From Parcubacteria group bacterium GW2011_GWA2_47_21 (GTDB lineage Bacteria > Patescibacteriota > Minisyncoccia > Phycocordibacterales > DSPV01), in assembly GCA_001000545.1 (NCBI GenBank), contig LCOC01000005.1, positions 10,013 through 74,012 on the forward strand: a stretch of DNA of 64,000 bases, in the 5' to 3' direction. The notes under the pieces were generated by a model. That model was not told the origin of the DNA and did no database searches. It saw nothing but the letters and a program-made list of their open reading frames with translations. Below are positions 37,750 to 47,037 of this stretch, in pieces. Positions within the stretch are counted from its first letter, which is position 1. Every line of letters starts with the position of its first letter. A program made the translations under genes and the position numbers.

Positions 37750-38910
37750 TTACCACTCGTGAAATTGAAAGACGCTCGTCCTAAAGTTAACGCCATTTTT
37801 CACAGACGATTCTTTGAGTCCCGCCGCTAAATCGTAAGACATCCGCATATCATCAATGGTTTCAGTTTCAAAACCAAAAATGAAATACCCTTTTACATTT
37901 ATGCCGGCGAGGAATAATCTTTCGATGGTCCGTTTGATCAAATCCACATCCGAAGTTTTGTGAATCATTTTGAGTATGCGCGGAGATCCAGACTCAATAC
38001 CAATGAACACCTCCTTACAACCTGACCGCTTCAGTTCAAGTAATTGCGCATCACTCAATTTATAAAATGATAACACATGAGCCATGGCACGCCATGTTAC
38101 GGGAACATGCCCAAACATACGAACCGCACGCTCCACACTATCAGCATTCCTTAGGAATAAATCGTCAAGAACCCGCACCGAATCAACATTCGGGTACAGT
38201 TCGCATATCATCGCCACTTCATTTGCCACGCTTTGAGCATTTCTTTCTCTAATCGGTGTTTCCCTGTTCAGAGATCGAGCCGCTGAACAAAACGCGCAGT
38301 TATACATACACCCGCGACTGGTCACAATACTCACTTCGTTGAATCCTAACGTGTGTCGCAACGGCTGATTTACGAAGAATGACCTGTCTAAGGGAATATT
38401 GGAAATATCCTGAGGGAAATACGGTGAACTCACAGATACCGTAATAACCCGCTTATTACCTTTCTGACTAATGATATCAAGGGGCTTCCCCTGCACAATC
38501 GCGCTGACCACAAAATCCCCTTCTCCAATGACTATATCCACGGGACAAGAAGTATTCCAATGCAATATAGTTTTATAGAGATTCTTCGTAGCTAATCCAC
38601 CGATGATGAACCGTACTCCACCCTTAATTGATTCAACTATTTCACGAACCAAGTGCAAATTAGTTGTGAATACATTCAGAGCCACATAGCACGGACGCTT
38701 TTGACGAATAACCGCCAAAAGAATTTCAAGAGAAATGTTTGCCTCAACAGTATCCAACAGTTCAACGGTTATTCCATTACTCCAGAGATCCGTAGCTATA
38801 TACCCTAATCCAAGTGGTGGTAAAGAATCTTCATCGTATCCGTCCACCTTATCTCGAAATAAGGGTGAGTTGATAATCAAAACATCGAGCGATTGACTTT
38901 CTTCTTGCAT
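37750..38910 (-). CDS. Cobalamin-binding-domain (class B) radical SAM protein
   Basis: N-terminal B12-binding-like Rossmann segment (LPPLGLGYIATDL...VRFIIGGLATKN...DIVIGEGD) followed by radical SAM CxxxCxxC (GCMYNCAFCSA). Confidence 0.7.
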   Translation of the reverse strand: MQEESQSLDVLIINSPLFRDKVDGYDEDSLPPLGLGYIATDLWSNGITVELLDTVEANISLEILLAVIRQKRPCYVALNVFTTNLHLVREIVESIKGGVRFIIGGLATKNLYKTILHWNTSCPVDIVIGEGDFVVSAIVQGKPLDIISQKGNKRVITVSVSSPYFPQDISNIPLDRSFFVNQPLRHTLGFNEVSIVTSRGCMYNCAFCSAARSLNRETPIRERNAQSVANEVAMICELYPNVDSVRVLDDLFLRNADSVERAVRMFGHVPVTWRAMAHVLSFYKLSDAQLLELKRSGCKEVFIGIESGSPRILKMIHKTSDVDLIKRTIERLFLAGINVKGYFIFGFETETIDDMRMSYDLAAGLKESSVKNGVNFRTSVFQFHEW

Positions 38911-39183
38911 GACACTTTCCTCCTTTTTCTGTGTTGTGAGTGTTCTGGGTTTGCTGTACTGGCGGATAAACGCCGTCGCTTTTCTTCATTCACGAACGAG
39001 CCGTGAATGAGTCGATTTATCTTTCTTGAGCGAATGTTGAGTTGTCTTTTGATCCACCATGTTTTTATCTCCTTTCTTTTTTAGATTGTCAAAAAACAGC
39101 TTTGACTGATTGCTATTCTACATTAGTTTTTGATTTTGTGCAAGGCCGCCCGCCGAAAATCCGCCGCGCATTCCTCCCCACAC

Positions 39184-39254
39184 CCGGCGCGGCGGATACC
39201 AAATCCCCGTGGTTTTGGAAAAAGAGCCGAGGCAAAGCAAATCCTTTTCCTCCC
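39184..39254. repeat. Inverted repeat, right copy (71 bp)
   Basis: Reverse complement of 36960-37030; the two copies enclose 37031-39183. Confidence 0.9.
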
Positions 39255-39326
39255 TTTTGAAAATAGGTGCGAGCTTGGTACAATAGACACACCATAAGGA
39301 GATTAGGAGGAATTTTTCCTATTTCA

Positions 39327-39355
39327 CAATGGGCTTCCGCAATGGAAGCCCATTG
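39327..39355. repeat. Hairpin repeat element CAATGGGCTTCC-GCAAT-GGAAGCCCATTG, copy 1
   Basis: 31-bp identity (CACAATGGGCTTCCGCAATGGAAGCCCATTG) with 46290-46320. Confidence 0.9.
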
Positions 39356-39643
39356 AATTTCCGCAACGCCGCGCGCTTCGCGCGCGTGAAGTGTCAGGTT
39401 CAATCCGAAGATTTTTTGAGCGAACGATTTTTTGAGAGAAAGAGGGGCGAAGACATTTAATATAATGCTTGCCCCACGCCACCCGTGCGCGCATTATGAA
39501 AACTTTGCCGATTTTCAAATCGGCAACTCCATAAGATACGAGTTAAGTTCCTATAACTTCTTCACCTCGTTAGAAACGCTCTCAATACCGCAAAGATTTT
39601 ATTTTTCATTATTTCAATCAACCGGCGATTGGTGTCGGCTATT

Positions 39644-42637
39644 TTAGCCTTCATTATGTCTGTATAAATCTCCAAGTTTCAAAACGCTCCGATTCTCCCA
39701 CCAGCTTATATCCTTTTTCCCAACTTCCAGATTTTCTAGAATGAATAAATAACGCCATTCCTCTTTTGCCGGATCTGCCTCGGTTAGCATCGAGACATAT
39801 TTCTCGCCCCGCTCTTTTTTCGCCTTGTCTCGCTCGTCCATTCGTCCCTTTACTTCAATAATATAATTTACTACTCTATCGCCTTCATTTGCGCGTGCGA
39901 TAAAATCTGGAAAGTAATTTACATAAAACCCTTGCCAAAGATACTCAAAGTTATATCCCACGCCCTGCTGATGATTATAAATCCAGCCACTCACGTCCTC
40001 ACACGCATCTAATAATTGTGCGGCGCGCAACTCGTCATTATTAGCCATGCATTGCTTATCAAAACCGGCTCGCTCGGGATTCTCAAGGGCATTTTCAAAA
40101 ATCACCTGGTATGGCTCAATAACCCTGCTTTCTAAAATATCAAATTTGTCCGTCGCTGGTTTCTCATTTGAGCGCAAGCCGTTGATAAATTTGACGAGTT
40201 CCTGCTTCACCGCCGCCATCACATCGTCATTGAATATATTTTTCTTCACGATCTTGTCTGTCTTTTCATCCACCGAATCCAACCGCAAGGACGCACCGGC
40301 AGGAAGATCAAATACCCGCTTTTCCAAAAATCGCTTCACCACATCGAGTACGCGCAATTTATCGGAATGAGACAAACGCAATTCATTTAAAATCGGCCGG
40401 ACATAGCCAGAAATAAGTAACCGATCCAGCCCGTAATAATTTGCTGATTGTTCAAACTCAAATTCAAGCCCCTTTTCAATATCTTTCTCAAACTGTGTTT
40501 TGATCTTTAGTTTATCGGCAAATTCAATCCATTCAAGTCGCTTTGCCAACTCCGGCAAATCTGCCTCGCGGAAATTATCATGCCAAGTTTTTACATGCTC
40601 AATCAGCCCTAAAAATTTAATCATTCTCACATTACGAGCCTTCCGCACATCCGCATCAGAGAGCGGATTTACAACTGTGTATACTGGCGGTTCTTTCTCT
40701 CCTGCGTCCACTTCATCAACAATGTCGTCTATCTCGTCAATAATCGCTTGAAATGAGGGATGCTGGATAACATAGAGATTTTCAGGTTTGGAATATACTG
40801 CCCCCTCATCATCCATTTCCGGTTGATGCATTTTGCGAAGCCCTCGGCCCAATGTCTGCTCCGCTAGGGTCCGTGAATCACACGGCCGAAGTGGCACAAT
40901 GGTTTTCACATTCCGCACATCCCAGCCCTCTTTCAGCATCAAAACCGCGACAATCACGTTAAATGGATTCTCCACTACTTCGCCCTTCAATTGTGGATCC
41001 TCAATATATTCCTTATCTATCAAATGCACGAGCTTACGCACTTTGTCCCACTCCTTGTCGTTTTTAAGTTCCTTTTCGCCGATGTGTATTTGCACAACAG
41101 TTGTTTTGTCATCTTTTACAAACAGTGTTTGCTTGGCTTCGTCATCATAAAATCCTTTCACCGGCAGATTGTCTTGTGATAAGTCTTTGCCCTCATCGTC
41201 AATCTCCCGATACACTAAATAATTATATATCTGATTGGCTTCTTTTCTATCGTTACAGATAATAAAAAGAATTTGTTTGCGCTTATCGCCTTCTTGGTCA
41301 AAAACTTTTTGATTTTCCTGCCAGCGTTTGATACCTGTACGGAGCAGATTTTCGTACTTCTCCCAAGCGCATAGCTTTTCGTTATTGATAATACCGCGTG
41401 CCTCATCGCCCTCGTACACTTTCACCTTTTCCAGTTTTGGGAGTTTTATTATGCCGTCCCGTTTCGCATCGCCGAGCGAATACAAATCAACTGTGTGTTT
41501 GAATAAATCCATCCAACGGTAACGAATCTCCTCATTATCGTTCTTTTTCGTTTTATGAGACCCCTTTTCTTCAAAAAGCGTGGCCGATAAATCAATCTGT
41601 AAGCCAACTTCGCAAAGCTTATCTATATTTCTTATAGAGCGAATCCAACCCAATTCTTCGGCCGCCTGCTTTTCTTTCACGCCAATTTCCTTCAGGTTCT
41701 TTGTTTTCTTTTCATACTCCTTGTGCTTTTCTTCGTCGTGAACATGATGTGCCTCGTCGTTGATGACGAGAACATTCGATGAATTCTTAAAACTATCAAC
41801 CAATGCTCGCTTTTGGTTCTCTAACTTTTTGGGCATTGCCGTTTCAAAAATGCCAAGTTCCTTCGATAATCCCACGCTTTCTTCTTCACCTTCGTTTCCC
41901 GATTCCCTATAGAGCTTGTGGATGTTCGTTACTATAAGCGCACCTTCATCCGGCGCAAGCTCGCTTGGCACGGTTTCCGGCGAATACACTTTGAGATTCC
42001 AATATCGCTCAAGTTCTTTTGGAACTACCGGATCACCGTGGAAAATATCCGGCCTTTCATCTGACGGCGAAAAGTCCTCCAAAAGACGGTCAAGCACAAA
42101 CAAGTTCGGTGCAATCAAAATACTATGCTTGCCAATGTTTAAATGTTTTTCACCTTCAATCACTGCGTTTAAGTAACTCCATGCAATTACCAAGCCCATG
42201 ATTTTAGTCTTGCCGGAACCTGTTGCAAGTTGCGCGCCAAGCTTGGTCCAATCGTCGCGTTGGGGCACAATTTCAAAATCGATCACTTTGGAGATGTCCT
42301 CACGCCGACGAACCCCACAAACTTCGTAAAGATAAATAAAAGTTTCAAGTGCACGCCTCTGATGCGGCCAGTATTTGAAGCGATAACTTTTCCCGTCCCT
42401 TCCTTTTAACTCATGCGGAAATGGACGAAACCAATGTCTCAAAAGTAAATCCGTTGTTTCTGAAATATTCTTTTCAAACGGCATAACTGGCTTGTATCTT
42501 GGTTGCTCTTTCGGATAGGGCAGTTTAGCGCTTTGCAAAGCAAACCTTCGCCAAGCATCTACACGCTCACGGAGTTTTTGGATGACGATTTTCTGCGCTG
42601 GCAGAGTTTTCTCAGTTTTAGATGGTTTTGTAGGCAT
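39644..42637 (-). CDS. res: Type III restriction-modification system restriction subunit (Res), SF2 helicase + nuclease
   Basis: 997 aa; Walker A LATGSGKTKIM, DEAH box VINDEAHHV, helicase motifs; last gene of C-mod-...-res operon. Confidence 0.8.
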   Translation of the reverse strand: MPTKPSKTEKTLPAQKIVIQKLRERVDAWRRFALQSAKLPYPKEQPRYKPVMPFEKNISETTDLLLRHWFRPFPHELKGRDGKSYRFKYWPHQRRALETFIYLYEVCGVRRREDISKVIDFEIVPQRDDWTKLGAQLATGSGKTKIMGLVIAWSYLNAVIEGEKHLNIGKHSILIAPNLFVLDRLLEDFSPSDERPDIFHGDPVVPKELERYWNLKVYSPETVPSELAPDEGALIVTNIHKLYRESGNEGEEESVGLSKELGIFETAMPKKLENQKRALVDSFKNSSNVLVINDEAHHVHDEEKHKEYEKKTKNLKEIGVKEKQAAEELGWIRSIRNIDKLCEVGLQIDLSATLFEEKGSHKTKKNDNEEIRYRWMDLFKHTVDLYSLGDAKRDGIIKLPKLEKVKVYEGDEARGIINNEKLCAWEKYENLLRTGIKRWQENQKVFDQEGDKRKQILFIICNDRKEANQIYNYLVYREIDDEGKDLSQDNLPVKGFYDDEAKQTLFVKDDKTTVVQIHIGEKELKNDKEWDKVRKLVHLIDKEYIEDPQLKGEVVENPFNVIVAVLMLKEGWDVRNVKTIVPLRPCDSRTLAEQTLGRGLRKMHQPEMDDEGAVYSKPENLYVIQHPSFQAIIDEIDDIVDEVDAGEKEPPVYTVVNPLSDADVRKARNVRMIKFLGLIEHVKTWHDNFREADLPELAKRLEWIEFADKLKIKTQFEKDIEKGLEFEFEQSANYYGLDRLLISGYVRPILNELRLSHSDKLRVLDVVKRFLEKRVFDLPAGASLRLDSVDEKTDKIVKKNIFNDDVMAAVKQELVKFINGLRSNEKPATDKFDILESRVIEPYQVIFENALENPERAGFDKQCMANNDELRAAQLLDACEDVSGWIYNHQQGVGYNFEYLWQGFYVNYFPDFIARANEGDRVVNYIIEVKGRMDERDKAKKERGEKYVSMLTEADPAKEEWRYLFILENLEVGKKDISWWENRSVLKLGDLYRHNEG

Positions 42638-42708
42638 TGTGGATAACTATTGATTTTTAATAAGGGCTTGCTACAATACAGATGATCGTAAGATCACGGA
42701 TTTTAGAG

Positions 42709-43485
42709 CTAAGGGGCCCCAGAAATGGGGTCCTTTGTGCGTTTACCGTTATACTCCTTTTTCCAACAAATAAAATCTCTGATATTAAAAATATCAAATA
42801 TCCCCAAACCGCTTGTTTTGAGTTCGTTTAATTCCCTAGAGATTCGGCCGGCGGTTGCGAATAAAACAACCTTTTTGCCCACTTTAAGCAACCTTTCTAA
42901 GGGATCGGCGAAATCACTATCTCCGCTCCATAGTATAAAAGTTTCGGCGCTGTTTCGCTCACAATCAAGAAGCATATCAACTCCGATTTCAACATCAAAA
43001 TTACATTTCATATCCTCAATAAAATACTCCCCTTTTTTATTCATATCCTTGAAACGCTCATTCAAATATTCAATGGTCGCAATTTCATATTTCTTTAAAA
43101 GCGCCCGGCGAATAAACTGACTAACCAATACCGTTGAATCAGGCAATATACTGGAAACATCAATGGAAAAATTCATAATTTTTACCGGCTTTGTCCGAAG
43201 AATGTATTTGCAGTTCTCTGCTTCTGTTTTTTCTTTCTCTGATCTTTCATTTCCAGCCAAATAACCATTATAAAAATTAACTGCTTCAACTGTATCAAAA
43301 GAACCCAGAAATTGTTTTAATCTTTTAAGTTCAATATGCCAACCAAGTTTTTCACTCCACGGGCGCACGTTCGCATAATCAATATAGACACGAGTTTTTG
43401 CGCTAAAAATACTATCGAGTTGGCTAATAATTTCTTGCTGGTCCTTGGCAATTTTTTCAATCCTTTCTGTTTTTGGTGTGAACAT
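42709..43485 (-). CDS. NYN-domain (LabA-like, PIN-related) nuclease-family protein
   Basis: NYN blocks VYIDYANV, DVEIGVDML, LWSGDSDFADPL. Confidence 0.65.
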   Translation of the reverse strand: MFTPKTERIEKIAKDQQEIISQLDSIFSAKTRVYIDYANVRPWSEKLGWHIELKRLKQFLGSFDTVEAVNFYNGYLAGNERSEKEKTEAENCKYILRTKPVKIMNFSIDVSSILPDSTVLVSQFIRRALLKKYEIATIEYLNERFKDMNKKGEYFIEDMKCNFDVEIGVDMLLDCERNSAETFILWSGDSDFADPLERLLKVGKKVVLFATAGRISRELNELKTSGLGIFDIFNIRDFICWKKEYNGKRTKDPISGAP

Positions 43486-43497
43486 ATGGGTAGGTAA

Positions 43498-43710
43498 TTA
43501 GCTTATTTTCTGGTATCGATAACTATATCGAATATTGTCGTTAAGGAATTGCCCCGGCGATGAGGCCTGAAAAAATTGCCGATATAAATGATCCGGCACA
43601 TTAAAATACTGATATATATCGCCCGAAGTAAACTCCACCTCTAAAGTACCCAACTGCCGATCGTAGCCAATTGAGCGAATATTTGAGGACGATACTGATA
43701 CTCTATGCAT
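43498..43710 (-). CDS. KTSC-domain protein
   Basis: 70 aa; IRSIGYDRQLGTLEVEFTSGDIYQYFNVPDHLYRQFFQASSPGQFLNDNIRYSYRYQKI matches KTSC domain pattern. Confidence 0.6.
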   Translation of the reverse strand: MHRVSVSSSNIRSIGYDRQLGTLEVEFTSGDIYQYFNVPDHLYRQFFQASSPGQFLNDNIRYSYRYQKIS

Positions 43711-43712
43711 AG

Positions 43713-45800
43713 TTATTTTATCACGACTTTCGTCATCACAATCCCGTCGTTTCCGAAAATGTCTACGACCTTGACGGCAATGGTATATTCGCCGGATTTT
43801 TCGTAAGTATGGAAGGCCTTAAAAATCAAATCCTCAACCACTTTTTTGCCTTTTCGCTTGCGGAAACTCTGCCACTCATTTTCAAAAATAGGCCCATGTC
43901 CGTCTTCTTCATTCTTCAAATTTTCGTAATTCCAATCTACCGCCCAGAAATCCACAAAGCTCTGCCAGCTTTTTTCTTTTTCCAGCCACTTTTTGAGCTC
44001 ATCCCTTCGTTCCGGCTTCTGGCTTTCAAGAAAACTCTCCACATCCACCTCAAGCCCAGAAAGTTCAATGCTGGCCTCTTTGCCATCGACAACTTTGTGA
44101 ACCTTTACCGCAAGTGGCGCGAAAAAAGCAATATTGGGCATATCACTCACTTTCTCTGGACTCTTAACGCCTTGTTTAATGAGCTCCAAGCGTTTTTTCA
44201 CTTCTTCAATGGCGCTTGCCGGAATCATGCGTACAAAAACCTGCACGCCAAATTCTTCTTTCGCCTTTTCAACTGCCTGATTAAGGTGCGCGGTAAAATC
44301 CGCCGAAAGCACATAACACTTTTTAAAATCGGTGTCTTTGACTTCTTTGGCAATCGCTTGGATTTGCTCGGAAACTATCGGCTGGGAAAGCGGACCAACA
44401 TGAATCCACGCGCCTCTTTTCTTGCCGTGTAGTAATTTTGAATATGGCGTGTACTCTCCGCCAAAAAGTTCAATAATTGCTTGCCGATAAGCATCGGCTT
44501 GATTCCCAACCTGAATCGGGTCCCATTTCACGCCGCGTTGATAATAACCCATATTCTCAACCGTAAACGGACGGACTTTATAAACCCCCGCATTCTTTTC
44601 ACTTTTTTGCTTGCCGTTTAGCTCAATCAATCTTTTTCGTGCAGTATGAACAGCAAATTTTGAGTTATCAATCCCAATCCATGTGTAATTTAAACCGTCT
44701 GTCATTTGCTCAGTAGCTTTACAAGTTGTACCAGAGCCCATGAAAGAGTCCAAAATCACACCATTTTTAGGACAAGACGTTTCAATGATTCTCAATAATA
44801 GCTCAATTGGTTTTTGAGTAGGGTACCCTGTACGCTCAAGAGCTTTTGGATGCTCTTTATTGATTAACCAGTAGTCTCTTAGTGGGTTACCTTCTGGATC
44901 TTTGTAAATGACACGAGCGAATTTATTACTTTTAATTAATGCTTTTATATTTTCCTTATTTTCACTTCCCTTATAAACGATTAATTGTTTCTCACCATTT
45001 TTAAGTAAGTTGGTGGTATATCCTCTGTCAAGCGTTAGTTGTCTTTTGTCATCAATTTCTCTAAGTGATCGAAAATAATAATCATCGGTTTTGCTATATC
45101 GTAGTATGACATCATGGTCTTTTTGAAAATCGTTAGATGGAGCTGGCCACTTATCATAACACCAGACCACTTCGTTTCTAAAGTTTTGATATTCAAAAAT
45201 TTCATCCATCAATACTTTTACATAGTGAGATGTGTGCCAATCTAAATGCACATAAATTGAACCTGTAGGGGCGAGAAGCTCTTTCATTAAAAGCAACCGC
45301 TCGCGCATCATTTGGAGAAAACTATCCAACCCATTTTTCCAGGTGTCTTTGTAGGCAATCGTTTCTATAATCGTCGGCTCTTTTACTGACATCACGCCCT
45401 CCTCCTCATCCACCTCAATATCAATAGAATTTTCTGCCACAAAATCGTTCTGTACCATAAACGGCGGATCTATGTAGATAAGGTCAATTTTATTGCGGTA
45501 TCTATGTTCGCCAGAGATGGAATCTTTTTCGTCTAAAAGCGTCTTGAGCGCAACTAAATTATCGTTTGTCCAAATAAGCCGATTTTTAGGAAAATCCGCT
45601 GATTTAATAATTTTACCGGTCCCAATTTGTCCTTCGTGAAAAAATCTAAGGGTTTCGCCCTTCTTTTCTTCTTCGTTTGATTTATGCGGATAAACAATTT
45701 CCACTACTTGCGTAGGCACGGCTTCCGCAAGCGTCTTTTTGTCCATGCCGACATAGGCGAGCTTTGGCTTCTTTGGTTTTAGTTCAATTTCTTTTTTCAT
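43713..45800 (-). CDS. mod: Type III restriction-modification system methyltransferase subunit (Mod), beta-class N6-adenine MTase
   Basis: Mod hallmark WTNDNLVALKTL, motif IV DPPF (LIYIDPPF) before motif I FMGSGTT, TGYPTQKP. Confidence 0.85.
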   Translation of the reverse strand: MKKEIELKPKKPKLAYVGMDKKTLAEAVPTQVVEIVYPHKSNEEEKKGETLRFFHEGQIGTGKIIKSADFPKNRLIWTNDNLVALKTLLDEKDSISGEHRYRNKIDLIYIDPPFMVQNDFVAENSIDIEVDEEEGVMSVKEPTIIETIAYKDTWKNGLDSFLQMMRERLLLMKELLAPTGSIYVHLDWHTSHYVKVLMDEIFEYQNFRNEVVWCYDKWPAPSNDFQKDHDVILRYSKTDDYYFRSLREIDDKRQLTLDRGYTTNLLKNGEKQLIVYKGSENKENIKALIKSNKFARVIYKDPEGNPLRDYWLINKEHPKALERTGYPTQKPIELLLRIIETSCPKNGVILDSFMGSGTTCKATEQMTDGLNYTWIGIDNSKFAVHTARKRLIELNGKQKSEKNAGVYKVRPFTVENMGYYQRGVKWDPIQVGNQADAYRQAIIELFGGEYTPYSKLLHGKKRGAWIHVGPLSQPIVSEQIQAIAKEVKDTDFKKCYVLSADFTAHLNQAVEKAKEEFGVQVFVRMIPASAIEEVKKRLELIKQGVKSPEKVSDMPNIAFFAPLAVKVHKVVDGKEASIELSGLEVDVESFLESQKPERRDELKKWLEKEKSWQSFVDFWAVDWNYENLKNEEDGHGPIFENEWQSFRKRKGKKVVEDLIFKAFHTYEKSGEYTIAVKVVDIFGNDGIVMTKVVIK

Positions 45801-45801
45801 A

Positions 45802-46005
45802 TTATTTCAAAAGCTCATCGCTTGAAACACCAAGAGCTTTTGCCAGTTTCGTAATAGTTGAAAGTGTAGGATTCGTCTTTCCGTTTTCTATGTTGCTTAC
45901 AAACCCTTTATCCACGGCAAGTATCCGGCCAATCTCACCTTGGGATATGCCCTTCGCGGTTCTAATGCATTTTAGATTTTTGCCTAGTTTCGCAGATTCG
46001 TTCAT
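45802..46005 (-). CDS. XRE-family HTH regulator, controller (C-protein)-like, immediately upstream of mod
   Basis: 67 aa, HTH ISQGEIGRILAVDKGFVSNIENGKTNPTLSTITKLAKALGV; stop 2 bp before mod start codon. Confidence 0.6.
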   Translation of the reverse strand: MNESAKLGKNLKCIRTAKGISQGEIGRILAVDKGFVSNIENGKTNPTLSTITKLAKALGVSSDELLK

Positions 46006-46063
46006 TATTCATAGTATATCCTGTTGTTGTATTCTACACTATCCGTTGTGGTATACTATAACT

Positions 46064-46291
46064 ATGCCTAATTACTTTCTCTACGCTCGCAAAAGCACCG
46101 ATGTTGAAGACAAGCAAGTCCGGTCTATTGACGACCAACTTACTGTCTTGCGAGCGTTGGCGAAAGAGCAAAATTTCTCCATCACCCGAGAGTTCATAAA
46201 GAGGCAATCCGCGAAAATGCCCGGACACCCCGTCTTTGATGAAATGCTCGCCCTGATTGAGAAAGGCGAAGCGCGCGGCGGTCCACAAACA
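46064..46291 (+). pseudogene. Serine recombinase (resolvase/invertase-type) N-terminal catalytic-domain fragment, interrupted after ~75 aa by the hairpin repeat
   Basis: MPNYFLYARKSTDVEDKQVRSIDDQLTVLRALAKEQNFSITREFIKRQSAKMPGHPVFDEMLALIEKGEA matches Y-x-R-x-S-T...Q...L serine recombinase N-terminus; similarity ends where palindrome 46290-46320 begins. Confidence 0.6.
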
Positions 46292-46320
46292 CAATGGGCT
46301 TCCGCAATGGAAGCCCATTG
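46292..46320. repeat. Hairpin repeat element, copy 2
   Basis: Identical 31-bp core to 39325-39355. Confidence 0.9.
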
Positions 46321-46549
46321 TTTGGCTGGTAAAAAATCTTTCAGTTGGATTATGGTGGGCGGTATAGGGCTCGACCCTTACAGGGTCAGTACACCTTTCC
46401 CATTTTCTCGCGATAAGAATCGCTCGAAAATATGGGAGAAGGTCTTCAAATCCTCTCTCGCAACCAAAATCTTTTGCCCATCTAAATATATCAAAAAACT
46501 TGTTTGTTACAACTCAAACCAATTTTTTCAAAAAGTCATTTTCAAAAAC

Positions 46550-46636
46550 GGAAGGGGTGGGATTCGAACCCACGTGGGGCTTGCGCCCCCAGCCGATTTC
46601 GAGTCGGCGCCGTTATGACCGCTTCGGTACCCTTCC
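46550..46636 (-). tRNA. tRNA-Ser (anticodon CGA), class II
   Basis: Manual fold of reverse complement: acceptor GGAAGGG/CCCUUCC, anticodon stem GCCGA/UCGGC loop CUCGAAA, variable stem-loop GGGGGC-GCAA-GCCCC, T-arm GUGGG-UUCGAAU-CCCAC; 3' end faces the R-M island. Confidence 0.75.
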
Positions 46637-46700
46637 AACTGGTAGCTTTAGACCCCTGCCCGCCGAAGTCTCGGTGTAGGCGGGACTCAGCCACCCTTCC
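46637..46700 (-). other. tRNA-like 5' fragment (GGAAGGGUGGCUGAGU...) directly upstream of tRNA-Ser, not foldable into a complete tRNA
   Basis: First 16 nt resemble acceptor+D-arm start of a class II tRNA with the same acceptor 5' strand as tRNA-Ser; remainder forms an unrelated GC hairpin; no matching 3' acceptor strand. Confidence 0.5.
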
Positions 46701-46794
46701 CATAGAACGATAGCAATTTTTTGAATTTTTTTCAAAAAATGCTATTGTATGTCTGCCGTTTTTAGTTTTTCGCTTTTCGTTTTTAATTTACCGC

Positions 46795-46866
46795 GGCCCT
46801 ATCGTCTAACGGTTAGGACACAGGCTTTTCAAGCCTGGAATCGGGGTTCGATTCCCCGTGGGGTCA
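46795..46866 (+). tRNA. tRNA-Glu (anticodon UUC)
   Basis: Manual fold: D-arm GUCU-AACGGUUA-GGAC, anticodon stem CAGGC/GCCUG loop UUUUCAA, T-arm CGGGG-UUCGAUU-CCCCG; acceptor has two G-U pairs. Confidence 0.65.
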
Positions 46867-46926
46867 AAGTTTTTGAGCATGGCGAGAAAACTTTGAGCCC
46901 AAGCAAGCAAACTGCTTGGCTTGCGT

Positions 46927-47037
46927 CGGGGAATCGAACGGCGGAGTATGTCGCGAGTTTCGAGCGACGACGAGCCGGTGCCCAGACAAATTTTTGCGAC
47001 GGCAAAAATTTAGTCGCGGGCGATTCCCCGTGGGTCA
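46927..47037. repeat. Partial tRNA-Glu T-arm/3'-end-like copies downstream of tRNA-Glu (one inverted ~46927-46947, one direct ~47021-47037)
   Basis: CGATTCCCCGTGGGTCA (direct) vs tRNA 3' end TCGATTCCCCGTGGGGTCA; CGTCGGGGAATCGAACGG is an inverted GTTCGATTCCCC-like segment. Confidence 0.55.

Noticed and set aside
45764-46618. 284-aa + strand ORF from the track
   Set aside because: Artefactual open frame spanning antisense of the C-protein gene, a recombinase fragment, a hairpin repeat and the tRNA-Ser; only 46064-46291 has real (serine recombinase N-terminal) similarity and is called a pseudogene.
46637-46720. A second complete tRNA (or tRNA-Sec / tmRNA) next to tRNA-Ser
   Set aside because: Only the first 16 nt are tRNA-like; no 3' acceptor strand, no T-arm; the remainder is an unrelated GC hairpin.
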